This document shows, piece by piece, positions 14,301-25,539 of a stretch of DNA of 64,000 nucleotides. The stretch comes from Podarcis cretensis. Its lineage: Eukaryota. The first letter of the stretch is position 1. The number at the start of each line of letters is the position of its first letter. The translations under genes and the position numbers were made by a program. The stretch spans positions 61,380,001-61,444,000 of the forward strand of contig OX638155.1 of the NCBI GenBank assembly GCA_951804945.1, in the 5' to 3' direction. The notes under the pieces were generated by a model, which worked only from the letters and a program-made list of their open reading frames with translations, did not search any database and was not told where the DNA came from.

Positions 14301-14469
14301 TTGGAATTATTAGATACCATGACAACTTATTTGTACTCTGCCATATTAACAGTGCAAGTTTATGAATGTATATTCAGAACGAAGCCCTACTGAGTCCAAT
14401 GCAGCCTGCTTCCAGGAAAGTGTGTATAGCGTTTCACATAGAAAAGGATAAATACTTGTTCTGTGCTTC

Positions 14470-14700
14470 CTAGTGGGCAGCACCAAGCCTAATGGGGTTA
14501 AGTTTCAGGTGTGAAGATTTTGGTTGATCAGTAAGAGAATCTTCTTGACAGTTAAAGTAGTTTAAAAATGGAATCCAATACCCCGATGAATTCTTCCTTG
14601 CTGGATGTTTTCAAGCAAAGGCTGGGCACCCAGACCATCTATCAGGGATGGTCTAGCTCTCTACATTGAACAAGATGTTAGACTAAATGGTCTACATAAG
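14470..14700 (+). mobile_element. CR1 LINE ORF2 C-terminus / 3' end, degenerate
   Basis: Remnants NGVKFQ..RFWL..NLLDS..W..SLLDVFKQRL match the CR1 C-terminal pattern. Confidence 0.65.
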
Positions 14701-14714
14701 CCCATAGCTATACT

Positions 14715-14933
14715 CAGTGGCAGAGCTTCATGCTCCAGCACTGGGGGTGGAGAGAAGGCGGGGGCATGGCTGGCGCGTGTCCCGAGGGTGTGGTGCATGT
14801 CCTGGGGGCAAGGTGCACCGTCTGTGGGGCCGTGGGGCCCAGCGTGGGGAGGGGGCAGCTGCGATGGCACCCCACTGGGATTGTGGTGCCAGGGGTGGTG
14901 TGCTTTCCCCGCCCCCCTCTTGCTCTGCCACTG
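14715..14933. mobile_element. GC-rich hAT-type MITE
   Basis: 12-bp TIR cagtggcagagc / gctctgccactg; 8-bp TSD gctatact / gctatgct. Confidence 0.85.
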
Positions 14934-15059
14934 GCTATGCTCTGCCAATTTAGGGACAAGTATCTTTTGTCAAGTTAGGGAAGATAGCCCTTTAATATCA
15001 TAAAAGCAGCCACGTATTCCTACTAAAATGAAACAGAGATTATGGTTGCACAAAAAGCA

Positions 15060-15198
15060 TACATTTAAAGCACATGATCCCCTCCCCCCCAAATCCTGCA
15101 AACTGTAGTTTGTTAGGGGTGCTGTGACTTGTATCTCTTTAAGGGGTAAACTACAGTTCCCAGACTTCGTTGGGTGATGGAATATGTTTTAGTGTATG
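15060..15198. mobile_element. Old palindromic MITE (aaactacagttcccag family)
   Basis: Inverted actgtagttt / aaactacagt arms; related pieces near 25080-25270, 35210-35370 and 43900-44045. Confidence 0.5.
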
Positions 15199-15374
15199 CT
15201 GGGCACACAGTCCATATTGACCATGTTTTCTCTACAGACAATGACCATTTAGAAACGATGGGCAGAAAACAATCACATCACTTTCAAGGTAATATGAAAA
15301 CTAGTAGTATATGTGTTAAAGTTTGTCCAGGAAAATTAATTACAGTGTTTGCAACCAAGCTAGGAACTAAAACT

Positions 15375-15533
15375 CAGTGGCGTAGTGTGGGTTATCAGCA
15401 CCCGGGGCAAGGCAAGTAATTTGCGCCCCCTAACCCATGGATTTGCGCCCCCTAACCCGTGGATTTCCCTAACCCCCAGATGTTGCGCCCGGTGCGGCCG
15501 GCCCCCCCCTGCACCCCCCACGCTACGCCACTG
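15375..15533. mobile_element. GC-rich hAT-type MITE, young
   Basis: TIR cagtggcgtag / ctacgccactg; perfect 8-bp TSD ctaaaact; CpGs retained. Confidence 0.9.
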
Positions 15534-18314
15534 CTAAAACTTGCATGTTAGTGAAGCAGGGACATAATTACTGTATTTTCTTTGCTTCAGTCCAAAGTGA
15601 GTTGTGGAGCAAACAAGGATGTATATCAGATTCAATGGTGCCTTGTGCCATTGGAACCCGTAGGGCAGAAGACAGGGAGACTGACAGCAGGTGAAGTCAG
15701 TGCCAATTATGGGCAGAGCCAACTAATTTCAGATTGTCTCGATCCTCCTCCCAGTTGTTTTCCACAAGGGCCATAATGAAGCCAAGGAGGAGGAAGCTGG
15801 CAGTCAGACTGATGTTGGTGGGGCAAAAGCCCCATTTGTCCTGGTCAGATTAGTATAGACACCTGTTGCACTTCTTAAGTTGCACTGTGTATGTTGTATC
15901 TTGTGATATTTCTTGTCATTTCTTCAGTGGTATTGTTCTCTTATACTTGCTGAAATCCACAAATAATTATTAAACAGCGATGAGGCTTTTTTTTTTATGC
16001 CAGGAGTGCTTTTGCTTGTTTTTAAGGAGTTCACAGGGCTCTGCCATAGTAGAACTCAAATCATCTGTTGAAGTGAAAAGATGCCCACAAGACATTTCAG
16101 TTCAAGCGAAATGAACCTTGTCTCAGCTGTTAATTTTTATGGGCTCACAACATTTAAGTCCTGCTTTTGAGTTCTAGGGTTGAAAGCCTGCATATAACTT
16201 GACTAGTCTGAAGGGTTGGATACAAAGAGCACAAATCAGATGAAGTTCCAGAGAAAATGGGCTCAGTTTCACACAAAGTATTCATAAAGTATTTTCAAAT
16301 ATATAGTTGTAGATGCTGGAATGATTTCACACTGTTTCAGGTGCAATCAACTTACTCTCAGTTAGAATTGGGGCAAAAAAGAGTCTTTGGTTATATGAGC
16401 TAGCTAGTTCAACAGCCAGCTTGGGCTCCATCTTTTCCCTTGCTCCTCACCCTACAATGACTCTTCCCTACCAAGAAAAAGAAGGCTCACATTGAGGATG
16501 GTGAAAGAGGCAGTGAAAAATACTCCAGGTGTGATCTGCTGTGCTTCTCCTCCTTTCTGAAGTTAGTAAAGACACTACTAAAAGAGAAAAAGAAAATACT
16601 TCATTTCCCTTAATCTCCAGCAAAAAGGCTCTGCCAGCATCACAACTGTGCAGCAACTGCTTGTGTTGGTCCATGGGGTCAAGCTGTTATCTTGAAAGAT
16701 CTCATTTGGCTAGGAGCATCAGTGGTTGGAGAGGAAGACCTGGCATTAACCAAGAGAAACTTTACTCGAATGTGGCATAGCAGATTTAGACCCAATCCAC
16801 AGTTGATGTACAGGATCAAGCTGTCAGATCCATAGTTGATATATAGGATCATGGTATCAGTCGGTATAGGCTCAAGCTACATATGGAATAAATATAACTT
16901 AGTAGGCTTTTTCACAAATTGAGTGATGTCAAGGGCAATACATGTACTGTATTCATACTGTCATATATTTATAACCAATAAAATTTTGCTCTTGGTTTCT
17001 ACTATTTTACTCCAGTTGTATCAGTTGCCACTCACAGGTTAATCAAAGGAATACCTAGGCTGACAACAAGCATCTAAATCTATATAAATAATTCTCATAT
17101 AGTGTATGGTGGCATTTAACCTCTAAAACAAATGATATCATCTCATTTGAAAGACTGGGGCTCAAATGAGGTATTTTTTCAACCTGGTATTATTTTTAAC
17201 ATTGGGTACGTCAGATTTGAAGTACACACATGTACGTATTTTTCAATCACAAAAGGAGTGACTTCCCATTGTATTTGAGAGGGAAAAGTGCTGAGAAATA
17301 CATGTCTGACATCGTATGTGTGAACTTTTTGCTTTGGTCTCCAAGTTTAAGAGTATCAAATCTGAAGCAGTCTTCAGAATTCACAAATTTGCAGAAAAAT
17401 AGTACCTGCTTCAGTACTTATATTCACATTTAATAAACAGCTTTCCCAAATAAAACTCCCCTGCCAGCTGTAGGAAATCCACAGATAGTAGATATCATTG
17501 GCATAAGCACAGTGAAGAATTTGGGGGTGGCAGCTACTAAATCGGGAAGGTTATCTGGCACTAGAGGTTGTAGCAGAGGCTTTCATCTGCATAGGTATAA
17601 AGCAGTAAGAATTCTATGGTTATCATTGGAATTTCTCTTCTTGAAAAAAGAGGAGACACCCTCTCCCACCCACATAGACTATGAGAAACTCAGAAAAGCT
17701 CAAGTCAACATTTCCACAGCTGGAACTCAGTTTGACATGGATGACATTTATCTCTCTCTTAGCTTGCTTAGCTCCCATTGTTATTTTAAATGATTTGTTT
17801 AGAAACATTTCAGTGTAATATGACAAGGAGCGTTTCCAGTCAAAGTCAGTAAAAGACTGGAGATTTTATTTCAGCGGCTAAATGCGTCACACTGTGTTGG
17901 ATTGTCCAGTTGCCAGGATAAGTTATGATCTGTTGAAGTGAATCTCGCTTGGCACAATGTAAAGCTTGGAAGGGTTTTCACAGAGTTACGTACGCTTGCA
18001 GGATGAACAAATCCACTATTCTGTGTAATACTGTACACTGTATCAAATCAAAAAGTCCTAGAACTGACCGAACAGATGCTTTTTCAAGGAGTGTGAGCCT
18101 TCATACTTTTCATAATACAATGCAAACTTTTGGCTGGATGTTGTTTTCCCTAGCATGAAGATGATTTCAAAAAGTAGTGTTTACACATTCTTTGCCTATA
18201 AAAATTAATATATTTTTGAGACTGTAAAGCTCAGCTTCTTGCCCACAACTACCTCATATGTTATATATAAATAATCCATTAGGAAATGCCAGGAATTGCT
18301 ACTTTTGCTCATAG

Positions 18315-18398
18315 GTTCAATCCTATGCACACTTTTCCAAGACTAAGCCTCATTGAACTCAATGGAACTTACTGTGGAGTTGACATGTGTAGGATCAT
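18315..18398. mobile_element. Short ancient palindromic MITE (cattgaa..caatgg centre)
   Basis: atcctatgcac..taagcctcattgaactcaatggaactta..tgtgtaggat; decayed relatives near 11545, 14360, 29490 and 33800. Confidence 0.5.
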
Positions 18399-18528
18399 GA
18401 CTTAGGATGCTAATTTTTAGTCTAAAAGAATGACTTGTGTGATTTTAACATCAGAGAGACAGGGAGGATTCTGGTATATCATCACTGTAAGAGGCCATTT
18501 CAAATTTCAGAAAGGTGTGTGTGTTTGA

Positions 18529-18988
18529 AGGAACACAGGAACATAGGTAGCAGACTTAATCTGAACGACACCATTGGTCCAAGTAGCTCAGGGGTGAGCA
18601 AACTTTTTCAGCAGTGGGCTGTTCCACTGTCCCTCAGACCTTGTGGGGGGCCGGACTATAGTGTTTTTTTTTTGGGGGGGGATGAATGAATTCCTATGCC
18701 CCACAAATAACCCAGAGATGCATTTTAAATAAAAGGACACATTGTACTCATGTAAAAACATGCTGATTCCCAGACCGTCCATGGGCCGGACTGAGAAGGT
18801 GATTGGGCCGCATCTGGCCCCCGGGCCTTAGGTTGCCTACCCCTGATCTAGCTCAATATTGTTCACACTCACTGGCAGTGACTTTCCAAGATTTCAGGCA
18901 GGGGTTTCTCTGAGCCCGACCTGGAGATACCAGGGAATGACCCTAGGACCTTCTGCATGCAGATCACATGCCACTGAGCTCCATGGCC
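18529..18988 (-). mobile_element. Squam3-type tRNA SINE interrupted by a hAT MITE
   Basis: Minus strand reads agctcagtgg..gcatgcagaaggtcc..atctccagg..ctgccagt..tgagctagat|ggaccaatgg..cctatgttcc tail. Confidence 0.8.
18589..18845. mobile_element. hAT (Charlie-like) MITE nested in the SINE
   Basis: TIR caggggtgagcaa / ttgcctacccctg; TSD aagtagct / atctagct (6/8 match). Confidence 0.75.
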
Positions 18989-19311
18989 ATTGCTGTTCTT
19001 GGACACCTTCAAGTTTAAATAGCATATTTGTGAAAGTTGGAATTCATTGCTTGGAATTCTACCGCTCTAAACTCTGTTGTGAACTTACAGAAGATACAGA
19101 TTTGGTTCTTGTCCCTCAGTTCTTGTCTGCTATTTCACATGCGGGGAAAGTACCTTGGGCATAAGGTATGGAGAGGGAAAGTGGGAGATATGAAAAATGT
19201 TAAGCACTCCTTATCCGCTGTCACCTTTCTGCTTTAAGATGCTCTCTCCATATGATATTTTCCAAAGTAAATGAAATTACTGAGTAGAGTAAGAAATACC
19301 AAATCAAAGTA

Positions 19312-19543
19312 CAGTGGTACCTCGGAGTCTGTAACGCTTCAGGTTACAGACTCCTTTAACCCAGAAATAGTACCTCAGGTCAAGAACTTTGCCCCAGGAT
19401 GAGAACAGAAATCGTGTGGCAGCAGCGCGGTTGCAGTGGGAGGTCTCATTAGCTAAAGTGGTACCTCAGGTTAAGAATAGCTTCTGGTTAAGAATGGACC
19501 TCCAGAACGAATTACCGTAAGTTCTTAACCTGAGGTACCACTG
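19312..19543. mobile_element. Tc1/mariner-type MITE, copy 2
   Basis: TIRs cagtggtacctc / gaggtaccactg flanked by TA on both sides. Confidence 0.9.
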
Positions 19544-20889
19544 TAGATAAAAGCTACACTGACTCCTTCATTTGAGTTTATTAGCTGCTAACAATTTGAG
19601 AGACATTTCACTTTGAATCAGAAAGAACTGTTGTAGACAACTGGTAAACCAAACTTCATGTTTAGGCTTTCAAAATAAGGAATGGAGATTTGTGTTTTCA
19701 TCCCTTAGCAAAATAGTAGGAGCATCAACTACATTTTGGAAAATATTTTGACTACTTCCGTTACTAGAGGCTTTTGTTTAATGTTTTGGCTCAATGGCAA
19801 AATAACGATTGTGTAGCTCAATGCATAAAACTGTAACTAATCTAACCAGACATACAATATTGACAAAGTTAAAGGGGTCTTCTTGGCAGAGTAATTCTGT
19901 ATTCACACTATGCTGGGACCAGAGACATGCAGCCACTACACCAGCGGAATGGCAGCTGCATCCAACGTATGCTCAGCCTGTGGGTGGGGGTGGGGGTAGG
20001 GGAAGGATACAACACACGATCAGAAAATACAAAATGGCAGATACACTCGCAGCATTCGTGGCAGGTCTGGCCCAAGGCTGGCCCTGTTATCTTGTCATTT
20101 TATTTATTTCTCTATCCCATTTATGAACTGCTTCCTATAAAGCATTTCAAAGTGATTTCACAGTGACATGCAGATGTAAGATGTTATTTGCAGGATGCCG
20201 TCTCCTGCAGAGCACAGCGATGGGCTGAGTAGAAATCCCAAAATTGATTCTATCATACCCTCCAACATTTCTCCAATGAAAATAGAGATGTCCCCTCCAA
20301 TATTTCTCTGATGAAAATAGGGACGTCCTTCTAAGGCCCAGTGTTGCCTTTCAGAACTTAGCAAAGAGGAAGATGGGTATGAAACTAGAATTTGTTGAGC
20401 TCTGTCTGTCATTTGCTTTGACTTCACCTACTGTTGGTCTCTCTGCCTTTTGTTCTACCAGTCCCTATGGGCACAAGCCACCAATGGCCCCACCCCAAGC
20501 AAAACAATATATAACTGGACACTGTGGAGGCAGTAGCAGGGACCAACTTTTTCTGTTTCACAATTTCAGCTCAGTTCAGGAGATTATAGAGTATGCTCTG
20601 TAACCTTCTTTAATTTTTTGCTCTCCAAACTGGGAAGCAGACAGCAGGACTATGTTAAAGCAAAAGGGTAGGATTGGCTCTCTTCCGTAGGCAGTGTAGG
20701 CCTGTCATCATGCCATCACTAGGCTCACAGACCCTCCAGCATCTATCCAGATTTCTGCTTCCTGGGCTGCAGTTTTGCCAGCCATACTGTGGACAGCACC
20801 ATATTTATGGCAGTGCAGGTGGTCCCCCCACATAGGACAACAAGGGGGGCGCAAAATAACAACAACAATCATTAGGCAGTTTCTGCACA

Positions 20890-21427
20890 TGTTGTCAAAG
20901 TGAGGGGTAGATGGGGCTCATCAACCTCGGAAGGTAGCCCATATAGGAGAAGGAAAACTCTGGTCCTAAACCTCGCTGCCTTATGGCTATGCTTATGTGT
21001 GAGAAAGTCTTTGGGAGTAAACCCTGAGGAAAAATCTGTACCTGCTTTGGGAGAAGAAAAGGAGCAAACCCTACACAAATCTGGGGTGGAGTCCCTAAGA
21101 AGGTTAGATGGCATCTTGTATGCCAACTTCCATCAACTCCTGCAGCCAAGTTGGTGCTAAATATATTGCTCTGCTTTCCTTTGGACCACATCAATGAGGC
21201 CAAAAGAGGAGCCTTGTCATCTGGGCAGCCCAGGACCTCCATACACCCTGCCCAAGCTTGCGCCCCAGAGAGGTCCCTTTGGTGCTGCTAATGCAGCAAA
21301 AACAATGGGAGAGCCAGCAGTTACAAGTTACTAGCCTCTGCAGCCACACCAGGCACTGTGATTCTCCAGCAGATTGACTTCACCACTGGAGGTGCACTCT
21401 ATTGTCTTTTGAGATAGATGAATGCCA
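20890..21427 (+). mobile_element. Non-autonomous RTE-derived element (5' UTR-like head joined to RTE 3' end)
   Basis: Head aggagaaggaaaactctg..taaacctc..gggagtaaaccctgaggaaaaatc resembles RTE 5' UTRs; end attgtcttttgagatagatgaatgcca resembles RTE 3' termini; no RT coding between. Confidence 0.5.
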
Positions 21428-23043
21428 GGAAATACAGGTAGCTACTCAAAGTACCAAAAGGAATTATTGTGAAAACAAGAACTATTCGGTGCGTGTGTGT
21501 GCGCGCCATATTTTGTCATTGCTCAAGTTGCCTTATTACCAAAGTCTGGCCCATTGGTATGATCCAGGAACGTCATATATATTTTCAAGAATATTCCAAC
21601 ACCATATTATTTACACCTTTAAATAGACCATTGAGCCTTATGTAACAATGAGGCATTGAGTGGCCTTCTTTAGGCATCTTGTGATTTCTTCGGTAGAATT
21701 AAAGTGTCATTGCTTGCTGCTTGTTGCTTTAACCACTGTATCTTTCTTCCACAATGGCTGTCCATTAAAAACCCCCACCTCTGCCTGAAACCATGCCAGT
21801 CAGTGTGTATTAGACTATCTTTTTGGGTCAAGGGCCGTATGTTCCTGGGGAGAAAGTGGTTGGGTAGCACATACTAATGGCGGTGTCCAGGCCCAAAACA
21901 AAAAAAGGAGAAGATACACCCCACAACTTCCTCTTTCCCCCCTTCATTAGTCAGCCATCCATTCTCTCTCCCCCTGCACCCACTCTCTCACACATTCACA
22001 ACAACAGACATCTTCATTCATCTCTCTCTCTCAGAGCTTGAGGGGCCACCCCAAAGGAAGTGGAGGACCATAAGTGGTATAGTCAATACTGTGGTATAGT
22101 CAATACTGAGCTAGATGGATCTGCGATCTGACTTGACTGTGAACCAGCTTCACATGTTCTCTGTATGCAAAGTAGGTAAGCACCTGAGTATATTGTGTGT
22201 ATACCCACAGTGCTCCTCTCTGTTTCTGTTGCTTCAATTACTTTCTCATGTGAATACTTTGTCCACTGACATCACACAATATTTTTACTGAATGTTAGAG
22301 GGGCCTGATCTTGAAGATTTCCTCAGGCCTCCCAGACCTGGCACTGCTTCTGCCGAACATTGAAGGCGCTCCAATCTGTAACCCCATAATATGGGATTCC
22401 TGGCTCTGGGTGATTGGCTACCCTTCCTGCTGCTGTTGCATTCTTCACAGACCTAGTGTTATGCCCTCAGCTTTTGCTGTATAAGTGGCTGAAATGCTCC
22501 CTGCCTAAGTAATTCCAACTATATTCTGCTAAATGTGAACCAGATGTTTCCCTGACCCCCTTTTGCTCTCAAGTCAAGCTGCTTCTGTAGCTTTTCATAG
22601 GCAGGCATTCAGGTGACTGAACATCTTTCCCAAGTTATCAGTTTATTCATTCCGGCTTCACAATTGCCATGAAAATAAGCCTATTAGCAGTGCTTCAAGT
22701 GTTGGCTTCACACAGCACTGCCTGATCAACCAAACACTTCTCTGTTGCTTTAAGCTACCGATTGTACATGCTATAATATCATTATATAAAGAAAACTTAC
22801 GAAAAACAAAATATATGTGCAATTTATCAGATATATATTTATCAGCACTAGGGATTAGGGAACCAAACTGGATGCCAACCATGTGTGGGAAGGGGATGGT
22901 GGGGGCAGGAAAACTGTGGGAAAGGTTGAACATTTTGAAAGGGAGAAGGGTTGACTTTTGCCTCTTTGTAGTCAGGGGTAGGGGTGAGTGAAATAATAAC
23001 CTAATATCCCACAGTAAAAAAACACCCCCAAAACAGATGGTAC

Positions 23044-23151
23044 CCAATCACTGTGTTTCCTGTGCAAAACTCCTCCCCTTTCATTTTTGGCTGTGCAAAA
23101 GACTCTTGGAAAGATTTGCCCTTCGTGGCTCGCACAGACTAACATATAAAA
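23044..23151 (+). promoter_or_regulatory. PI15 core promoter: CCAAT box (23044-23048) and TATA box (23145-23151)
   Basis: TATAAAA about 190 bp upstream of a strong GAG|GTAAGC donor; CCAAT about 100 bp upstream of the TATA. Confidence 0.65.
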
Positions 23152-23174
23152 GCTGTTAGCAGCTCCTGTAGCCA

Positions 23175-23337
23175 GCCGCTAGAAAGCTTGCAAAGTTTCT
23201 CTCTCCCTCTCCCTCTCTTTCTCTTTGACGGTTTGTAATAAGACACACACTTCTTTCTAAGGGTTCACACTAGAGCACAGACAAGAGCTGTTTAACTTGG
23301 AAGGACAATACACTAGGCTTTTTGGTTCTGCAAAGAG
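23175..23337 (+). other. PI15: PI15 non-coding exon 1 (5' UTR); start approximate
   Basis: Start placed about 30 bp after TATA; donor gag|gtaagc at 23337/23338; no ATG within it; mammalian PI15 also has a non-coding first exon. Confidence 0.6.
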
Positions 23338-23922
23338 GTAAGCCATTGAGCTCTGTCAGTTTGCTTTGCATGCACTTTTTTTTATTAATGCACATCCTAT
23401 TTTGCTGGACTCAGTTATTAGCCGTACGAGTGAGATACTGTGTTTCCATGTCTTCTCAGATTTCTTGTCTATCGCTTTGCAGCTGAATATTTATTGCGGG
23501 TGTAGGGTGGGGGGAATGAGTGCAAAAGCACATTCCTAATCACCAGGATGGATGGAGCTTTCATTGTCAGGCTATTAGATGCTCTATGCTGTAGTCAGAT
23601 GGCCAGTAATAAATCCTGTTGTATGTTATAGGGCAATGTGTGTATATGGTTGCTAGGCAACTTGAGACAAAGCAAGGCATTATTTGACTCTCTGGAAACA
23701 TTATAGTTTGAGTTACCTTATGTAGATGACTAAACAGCTGAAGAGCTAGGTAAAAATACTATAAATAAATAAACTCAAGGTTGGGGGAAACTCATCTGAA
23801 AGAGAAAGATATTCACATTCACCCCAGTCACATTATTTAACCATTTTCCCTTCACAGATCTTCTGCTTACCATAGTGAGTTGAAGTAAATCTTTGCTCCC
23901 CACCCTACCACCAGGGCCCAAA

Positions 23923-24195
23923 ATGACAGTAATTTCTGCCATCAGTGGCACCCTCTTGATTTCCATTCTCTGTGAAACAAGTGCAATAGAGTCACACAAC
24001 TCCACTGAGCTGTTCTTGTCAGCCAATAATTACACAGACGCTGGAGTGGCCTTGAACATTCCTCCGGATTCTGCAAGCCCTCCCAAAACCAGGAGGAAAC
24101 GATATATTTCACAGAATGACATGATTGCCATTCTGGATTATCACAACCAAGTCAGAGGCAAAGTCTTCCCACCAGCATCTAACATGGAATATATG
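23923..24195 (+). CDS. PI15: PI15 coding exon 1 (signal peptide, propeptide, RRKR site, start of CAP domain)
   Basis: MTVISAISGTLLISILCETSA..KTRRKRYISQNDMIAILDYHNQVRGKVFPPASNMEYM, 273 nt, donor ATG|GTAAG; acceptor at 23857 or 23875. Confidence 0.97.
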
Positions 24196-24279
24196 GTAAG
24201 TAGACGTTCATTTACTTCCCTACCCACTCCTGAACTTTAGAAAGTATAAAGCTGATGTTTCATGCTACTAAACCAAAGT

Positions 24280-24400
24280 GGCGCCAAACCGGATGTTGTT
24301 GGACTACAACTCCCATCAGCCCCAGGCAGCATGGCCACTGTCCAGGAATGAAGGGAGTGGTAGTCCAACAATGACTGGAAGGCAGTACATTGGCTACTCT
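24280..24400. mobile_element. Old palindromic MITE (ggactacaactcccatc family)
   Basis: Inverted arms tgttggactacaactccc / gggagtggtagtccaaca. Confidence 0.65.
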
Positions 24401-25539
24401 TAATATTACACTATGTCATTTCTCCCCCTCTCCTTTCCCACCCTCTTTTAAATTAGCTTTTGAAACCTCTCTAGAGCTTTGAATGAGCAGAATAACCCAG
24501 GCCACTTATGACACAGAAATTTGGGATAGGGTATAATAGTTGCTGCCATGCCACTATTACAGGTCTGTCTTCAGTTGTGCATATTCTGAATGTCAGTAAC
24601 CTCTTGCATTAATGCTGCATTGTTTGTATCACTGCAAGGTGCAATATACACTGATGGTGCTTTCTCTATGAAATACACAAAAACAATCAGAAGCAGGGGT
24701 GGAGGGGCTTTTCAATCTTCTTTGCAATGGTTTATCTGAATGTAGGGTTCCTACTATACCTAAAATAACAGAATGACCTCCAGATGTTGTTGAATTCCAG
24801 TAGTCATCATCTCTAACCAGCATGGCAAAATGGTCAGGGAATGAGGGAATCAGCACTTCACCCATAGTTTAGTATCCATGCTTTAATGCTCCCATGGTTT
24901 TTAAGGGTTAAACATAGCCCTAAAAACCATGGCAATATTAAAGCATGGATATTTTTTTAACACTCCGGTTATCATGATATGTTTGTGTGATACTTGCGTG
25001 ATACTCTCTTTTGAGAGAGAGAAAGCCAGGAATAAAAGGAAGTATGTTAACATTGCTATGGGACATATTAACATTGCAGACTTGAACTGCCATTCCCTCT
25101 TTCCAGGAAATCATGGTGCTTGTGGTTCTGTGAGGGATATTACTGATCTGTAAAAGAGAATTCTCATCCTGTTCTGCAAGCTACAGTCTCCAAGATTCAT
25201 TCTTTCTTTTTTTTAAGGGAGAGAGGGAAAAGTCATGGCAATTACCTAATGTGAAGCCAATAAAAGTTTGTAGTGGATTGGCTTAGGTTAAATTCTCCTC
25301 CACTGTACCTGACAATGTAGGCTATTGTTCATGAAAGCTCATGGTGCATTTAGTAAGTGCAACTGTGCCACAGCACTTTTGAATTTTCTTCACCTTGGTT
25401 CTCTCTACAGGGACAGCCCTCTAGATGTTTAAGACGACAACTCCATCAGCCCAAGCCAGGATGGCCAATGGTCAGGGATGATAGAGGCTGTAGTCTAATA
25501 ACATCTGGAAGGTCACAAGTTTCCCATCTCTACCTTAAG

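Noticed and set aside
14605-15003. Stacked overlapping ORFs on both strands (also 25357-25913)
   Set aside because: GC-rich MITE interiors lack stop codons; no homology or splice structure
15419-15477. Interstitial telomeric sequence
   Set aside because: There is no tandem (TTAGGG)n; the motifs are spaced units inside a MITE
18930-18988. tRNA gene (also 8410-8460)
   Set aside because: Decayed tRNA-derived SINE heads without a cloverleaf
23893-24240. ORF-track version of PI15 exon with N- and C-terminal extensions
   Set aside because: It starts at TTG and reads through the GTAAG donor; the ATG at 23923 has A at -3 and gives the expected 91-codon exon
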